A program made the position numbers and the translations under genes. Shown one piece after another: positions 49,808-56,573 of a DNA stretch of 56,573 nucleotides (positions are counted from its first letter, which is position 1; the number at the start of each line of letters is the position of its first letter). The stretch covers positions 15,343,973 through 15,400,545 of the forward strand of contig NC_069005.1 of NCBI RefSeq assembly GCF_001194135.2, given 5' to 3'. The notes under the pieces were generated by a model, which saw only the letters and a list, made by a program, of their open reading frames with translations, was not told where the DNA came from and did not search any database. Source of the stretch: Octopus bimaculoides. Its lineage: Eukaryota.

Positions 49808-51539
49808 TTTATCACTCATGGGATGGAGTAATTGCTTTGTTGATCTTACTTTAATGATGATATGTAAAAGTAAAATTATAATAATTATAAAAAATAACAA
49901 GCTAAGATTTCAATAGTTAAAATAAAGATAAATAAATATAATTAATATTCAGGAAAAATAAAGACAATCAATTAAAGAATAAATATGATTCAAAACAAAG
50001 TAAGCAAAAACAAAAACAAAAAACAAAACAAAACAGGGATAAATTAAACAAAACTTGTTGATATAGTTTAAATAAACAGAAATAACAGAATAATTAAATT
50101 GCAAAAAACAAACAAATAAAAAATGATAAAATAAAATAAAAAAATAATAATCTGCATTATAAAAGAGGAAAGAAGCAAAGGAAGATAAGGGAGGAAACAA
50201 ATTATCGTTTAAAAATGTTTAAAAATGTTAAAAAAAATATAGTTGATAAAATTGCCACAATTAGGAATATTTGTGCAAAAGCAAAAAGTGATTTTACATA
50301 TTTAGCTGGAAGCAATTAATAACTAAAATGGTCCTTTCAGAAAGCCAGAGGGAGACAGAGAAGAAAGGAGAAAGGTGGGAAAAAAAAAGAAAAAAACAAT
50401 CTGCAGAGTTTAAAGCCAGAGAGGAAATTCAAGATGATCAAAAGTATTATTATATATATGTATGTTTACACACATACATGTATGTATGTGTGCGTGTATA
50501 TATATATGCATACATACACATACACACACATATAGATATACATACATACATATATATATATACACATACATATATATATATACACATACATATATATATA
50601 TACACATACATANNNNNNNNNNNNNNNNNNNNNNNNNNNNNNNNNNNNNNNNNNNNNNNNNNNNNNNNNNNNNNNNNNNNNNNNNNNNNNNNNNNNNNNN
50701 NNNNNNNNNNNNNNNNNNNNNNNNNNNNNNNNNNNNNNNNNNNNNNNNNNNNNNNNNNNNNNNNNNNNNNNNNNNNNNNNNNNNNNNNNNNNNNNNNNNN
50801 NNNNNNNNNNNNNNNNNNNNNNNNNNNNNNNNNNNNNNNNNNNNNNNNNNNNNNNNNNNNNNNNNNNNNNNNNNNNNNNNNNNNATAACAACATCGAAAA
50901 GCTACGGTGAATCTAAAAGCTTTAATTAGCTATTGTAAGCTGGAAGATTTTTCACAGACAAGAACATCACTATTTATTAATTATTGAGTATTCTTTGTTT
51001 CTGTTATAACCTCAGGTGAAATGACAGGTTTTGCTTCGATTACACAGTGTAACATGATTTTTGTACTTGGGCAGCAACTGTTATTTCAAGTTTGCTTACC
51101 CCTTAGAAAGTATGAAAAATGGCTAATATTTCCTTCAAACTTTGCTTTTCTTACGTTTATTCAAACCCCAAACAATTCCTCTCAACACATGGCTATGATG
51201 CCCCCCAACTACTCCTGCTCATGATCAGAGATGCACATATTGTTAACCACTAAAGAACATGCTCAAGTGGTTAAGGTCAAGCAACTGACAAGTAAATCTG
51301 TGCTATTGAACAGAACATTTGCTATGATGATATTTCTGCTGAATCTGTCTGAAATATAATGGAAAATAGAACAGTTTCAAAACATTGAAGTCCAAGTTGC
51401 AAAAGCAAAGTTTGAAGGGAATAGTAGTCATTTCCTTTGATTTCTAGATGGAAGCAAATAGGAAATAACACTTATCGACCAAGGATGAAAAAAAAAAAGA
51501 AATTTTTATACTGTTATTTTTAAAGCATCATCTACTGAC

Positions 51540-51830
51540 AATTCTTCATTGAGTTTAGTTTTAAGATGTCTTGTGGTGTTTTAGGGTCTTTCAACATCTG
51601 ACCTCCTTGTTTAGTTGACCCAGCGGGGGTTGATCATGTCCCAGCTTGCATCCAAATAGCAGCAAACCATTGGTCTGCCATCTTTATCCAAAGTCACCTT
51701 GTGGCATTCTTTATCTGCAGCTTTAGTAATGGCATTTATGGCCCTCTTTGCTGCACCAGTAACTCCAAGCCCAGCCAGAGCTTTGCAGGAATGAATGCCC
51801 TCACAAAACTTCAGCAACTCAAAAGTAACT
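51540..51830 (-). mobile_element. 3' end of an R2-superfamily (HERO-like) non-LTR element
   Basis: CKALAGLGVTGAAKRAINAITKAA resembles the RLE-domain C-terminus. The following gatgttgaaagaccc.aaacacc resembles the HERO 3' UTR as I recall it. Confidence 0.55.
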
Positions 51831-54608
51831 ATGGTTTATCAAATCTTAGTTTGTTTTTTTGTCCCCTCAGAATGTCTGAGTTTAAATGTAATTTTTCTAC
51901 TTGCTTCACCTCACTTAGCTGTTAATAAAAAGTACCAACCCTAGAAACCCGCGAAGGGAAAGAGAAGGGAAAAAAACACTCAGAGAGAAAGAGAGGAAGA
52001 GAGAGAGGGGGAGAGAGAGAGAGAGAGAGAGAGAAAGAAAGAGAGAGAAAGAGAGAGAGAGAGAGAAAGAGAAAGAGAGAAATATTTGTCTCTTCAATCC
52101 TTTAGAAATTGAAAAAATTAACTCTTTTATATTTCTGTAACAATGTATTGCCTTTGTTTCAGTTAACTTGAAATATGATGAAGAATGTAGTAAGAAAAAG
52201 GAAAATCCCTGTCACTATTAAGCTAGTGCTTGAAACATGAATTAACATGAATTTGGCATCAGAGAACCAGGGGCAGTCTCACAGTCTCAGGCAGGCTAAT
52301 ATCTAAAGGATGTTAAGAGCCAATTACATGCAGCCCACTGAATTTCTTGAAAAGATTGATTCTAATCACTGACAAGTCTTTTAATATTATTTAAAGGAAA
52401 TATAAATTTACAGCTTTTAGTTCAGGTTCAATTTATTAATTAAGTAGTGGAAATGAGTTTACATAAAGACATGGAAAAGCACCCAGTGGTTGGTGTTAGG
52501 AAGGGCATCCAGCTGTGAAAACCATGCCAAAACAGTGTGGCTTGGTGCAGTCCTCAAACTTGCTACAAACCATACCAGCATGGAAGACAGATGTTAAATG
52601 ATGAGTTTGCATTATTTTTGCTGGCCCAAATGCTTGCAGCAGAGTGAACTTTGCTAAAGGCATCCAAGGACAAAGTGTGCAGTTAAACAAGGTGATAGAT
52701 TAATTCTACTACTCAAGTAGTCTAAGACAGATTTGAACACAGAACACAAAGAGGTGAAACGAATACTGTCAGGCATCAATCTGACATTCTTACAGTTTGG
52801 CCAATCCAACACTCTGCATTAGTACTTTTTTTTAACCAACCCTGAAAGGATGAAAGCAAAGGTATTCTCAGTTGGCCAGTCTGAATTGAACATGAGCCCA
52901 CCAACAATTAGTAATACAAACATGTTTACTATAAATAAGATGAAATCTGATATTTCTAGAAATTACTATATTATCTTTTAATATAGATTAGTAGGTAGGG
53001 AATTTTGTGTCGGGTACAGGATACTTTAGAGTCAATATGTGTAAAGTCATCTCTTTCTGCCACACAGTCAAGGAACCACTTTATACAAGTATGAACAACC
53101 TTTCGTGCCTCTCATGCTAAGGATACAGTGATGTTCAATGTACAATGTTACAAGCAGAGGCATGTTACATACTTCCTATAGTTACAGTTGATAATGACAG
53201 CAACATAACAACTCCAGTAGTCTTGACCATTTTGTCATTGGTATCTTACTATCAAGATCCTGGGTACAATGTTAAACTGTTCCCAAATCTGCTGCTGGTT
53301 GTTAAGTGGTTCCAGTACGATGTTACTACACCAGTTAGGAGACTGGAATCTCAACAGATTTATTGTCTGCTACCAAGTAATCCAGAAGAATGTCATTTCA
53401 CATGCTTCAACTATAATCCCAAAAGATCCTCATCTACTGTCTGGGACTATGGTGAGGGCTGGAGTTGTAACAGATTCTTTCCTGAGCACATTCAGAGTAG
53501 GGTTGCCTACATCAGAATAGAATGGGTGTCTTGCAAACAACTCGCACATGTAAGTGCTACCAGTCAAAGGCTTCACATACCAGAAGCCAGCAAGTGTATG
53601 GGGTCATCAGGAGAGAATGCGCGCTGTTTCAGAGCCTACCTCTCGATGGCATCAATGTGCACCGGCCCCCTTCACTGATATGAGGCCCCACTTGCTAGAT
53701 CAACTGGTTATTAAAAAGAGCTCAATATTTCTCTAGCCATTGCTCATCGTCTCTTTTTAACCATCTGACACTTTGTAACTACAGAAAGACTTCATGTCTT
53801 GAATTGTCCTTAGCTTTCACTTGATGACGATGACCATGATGATGATGTGCTAGGAAAAACTTAAAATTGGCTTCTTGCCTTGATAATTCTGACATGAAAA
53901 TACAAGACTGGCATTTTATACAATTGAAAGAGTAGTTGTAATGCTCCAGGGCAATACTGCAACACTCTGACATCTTTGGAATTCTGCCAAGCTGCAGCTG
54001 TTGGTGCCCCTGGTTCTATGATTTGGAGCAGACTGGTGCTGAGTGCAGTGGTCAATTTAATCAAACTACAATCAGTGCTGCTTGCACTTTTAAGGAACGA
54101 CGATGGCTTAACCCCTCAACAAAAATAGTATTCTTTCAAGAAGTGGCCCTATATATCACTAGCTTTGTAAAACAAAATAATCAAACAACACCACATTGGC
54201 TTTTAGCTTTTAAGGACATTGTAATCTTCAAAAAGTGCCATACTTCCCAAAAGTTGCCAACACTACACCTGTATTTTTGTTTCCTTCTGTGTAGTATGTA
54301 TTTTTGTTTATCATTGCTGTTTTTCTTTGCTTGACTTAACTGTTGCTTTCTGATGACTTTAGTCTTGCCTTAATTGTTGCTTTTTTGATGACTTTAGTCT
54401 ACCTGAGCACTGAATACAATAAGCCCAGTGGCATTTGTGCCAGCTCTTTAAGTTCTCAATTCAAATCCAGTCAAGATCAATTCTGTCTCACTTTTTTTAT
54501 CTTTCTAGGATCAACAAAACCTCTCCCATGAAATTTCAGGCCTTGGGGTTGATGTAATTAACTTACCTCTTCCCCTGAAATCGCTGGCCTTCTGCCAAAA
54601 TTTAAAAC

Positions 54609-54653
<45 letters not shown>

Positions 54654-55035
54654 TACTACTACTATAACTAAGGTGGTGAGCTGGCAGAATTGTTAGCATG
54701 CTGGGCAAAATGCTTAGCAGTCTCAATACATTCCAAGTTCAAATCCACCAAGGTCAACTTTGCCTTTCATCCTTTCAGGGTCAATGAAATAAGTACCAGT
54801 TGAGCACTGGGGTTGATTTAATCAACTATCCCCCTCCCCTAAAATTTCAGGCCTTGTGCCAATCATAGAAAGGACTATCATCACCATCTTCCTCCTCGCT
54901 GTCTGTTTATCTTTCCTGCATAAGCAAAAGTAGCGTTTTCTATTTTGTGGGCCATTAATATTCATCATTGAGGTAGCAGGACAATGGTGGGGGAGAGTTC
55001 AAACATCTGGTTTAAAATGTCTGACACTTGGTAGT

Positions 55036-55072
<37 letters not shown>

Positions 55073-55626
55073 GCTAGCTAGCTAGCAAGACAGTTTGTGT
55101 GAATATATATACATATATATACGATAGTATATGTGCGAGTTAGTATGATAGAGTGCATAATATGGTAGTGTGTGTCAGCTAGTAGTGTATGTTAGTATGG
55201 AGGTATGTATGAGTGTGCTAGTACAGACGAATGAGTTATAATGGCTGTGTGCATGTGTGTGTGTGTGTGAGTGACTGACTGACTGAGTGAGTGTGTGAGA
55301 GAGAGAGAGAGAGTGTCTGTGTGTGTGTATACGTGTGTGTGTCACTAAGGTAGTCTAAGTGTGTCAGGTTGCAGTAATACTTATTTTAGTAATTACATAC
55401 AAGTGTGTTATCATATGAATGTAAATGCATGCATTTCATTGCATGTGTATCAGAGAGAGAGAGAGAGAAATAAATAGATAGATAGGCAGAGAGATATAGA
55501 GACAAACAGGTAAGTATATATATATATATATATATACGCACATACATATATACACATACATGATTGACCGTTGACTGAACACTATTCAATTTTTTTTCTC
55601 CGTGTTTTTCTCCTTGTCTCCGTATT

Positions 55627-55661
55627 CTTTCTGTTGAAGAGCGTAGCTCGAAACGTCAAAG
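55627..55661 (+). ncRNA. Minimal hammerhead motif with one core substitution
   Basis: CTTT-CTGTTGA-a-GAGC-gta-GCTC-GAA-ACGT-C-AAAG. A6 is replaced by U. Confidence 0.6.
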
Positions 55662-56099
55662 ACTTTCCGTATTCCCGAGCGTCATACTAATATATACTTT
55701 TGTTATTTACACCACCTGTCCTCGTCTGTTGTTNNNNNNNNNNTGTATGTATACTTATAGATTAGCTAGATAGACAGACCCATATAGATAGAGAGATGAA
55801 AATGGTTAACAGGAAACAGTGTCTGGTTTTGAAGCTAAAGTATCAGACACTATACTCTATTAAATTCTCCACTACTAACAAGCAGCTATATTAATTAATG
55901 AAATTTTCATGTGGGAGAAAAATAACCATGAATATAACAAAAAAAAAAAGAAAATCTGTGTACTTTTCGTGAAAAATCAATGTTAGAAGATGGTTATAGG
56001 GATAGCCAAGAAGAACCCTAGGCAGCAGAAAGACTGAAGTTAGCATGCATCCCGGACTGCTAAACAAATAGCAATGCAAACTAGGGCTTTTAGTGTTAC

Positions 56100-56261
56100 C
56101 TTAATTCCATTAGAATAGCTGTTCACTGGTCCTGTGCCATAACCAACCAGCGGTGCCAGTGTGGTCTCGCCCTCTGGCTCTTCGTCAACCTCGGCAATGT
56201 CCGAAAGTTCGGAGCCACTACTACCACGCTCATGCCCAGAGAATATGTTAATGCGTGCAGC
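56100..56261 (-). CDS. RIMBP2: RIM-binding protein coding exon (162 bp, phase 0/0), AARINIFSGHERGSSGSELSDIAEVDEEPEGETTLAPLVGYGTGPVNSYSNGIK
   Basis: Acceptor ttag| and donor |GTAACA. Open frame with an SELSDIxExDEE motif as recalled for RIM-BP proteins. Phase matches the next exon. The symbol names the family; one-to-one orthology was not tested. Confidence 0.85.
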
Positions 56262-56573
56262 CTAAAGTATAGCAAACATTTTAAGACCAAATGTTGGGTT
56301 TGTGAGATCCGAAAGCAAAGAGAGGGTTAGAGTTTAGAGTAATGTAAGTATATTTTCATTGGGTGTGTGTGTGTGTGTGTGTGTGTGTGTATCTATATAT
56401 TCTCTTTTACTTGTTTCAGTCAGTTGACTGTGGCCATGCTGGAGCACCACCTTTAGTCGAGCAAATCGACCCCAGGACTTATTCTTTGTAAGCCTAGTAC
56501 TTACTCTATCGGTCTCATTTGCTGAACCGCTAAGTTACGGGGACATACACACACCAGCATTGGTTGTCAAGCG

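Noticed and set aside
54860-54990. Acceptor-like sites in the large intron
   Set aside because: Phase-0 frames close within a few codons.

Overview
AT-rich, microsatellite-dense eukaryotic genomic scaffold with about nine N gaps. The SINE families and repeat landscape suggest a coleoid cephalopod, most likely Octopus (inference). One host gene is supportable: the 3' half of a RIMS-binding protein (RIM-BP) gene on the minus strand. I read six GT-AG exons by eye (56261-56100, 26656-26554, 23894-23437, 20746-20575, 18674-18541, 14433-14197). Their phases all match and they encode the SELSDIxE motif and SH3 domains II and III. Most are missing from the ORF track. The rest is intronic or flanking DNA full of decayed elements: several tRNA-type SINE families, mariner, maT and pogo transposons and MITEs, a Helitron, RTE, CR1 and HERO-like LINEs, and at least four Penelope-like (PLE) remnants. 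Main unexpected signals: (1) about eight hammerhead-ribozyme-like motifs in two architectures (minimal, and long helix II with a palindromic helix III), one of them fully canonical at 37127-37199; (2) an RTE LINE whose ORF ended in three in-frame C2H2 zinc fingers; (3) a 170-bp TIR element with a TTAGGG core; (4) a fold-back mariner derivative present twice; (5) several long hairpins in the introns. All alignments and folds were done by eye. Repeat boundaries are approximate.
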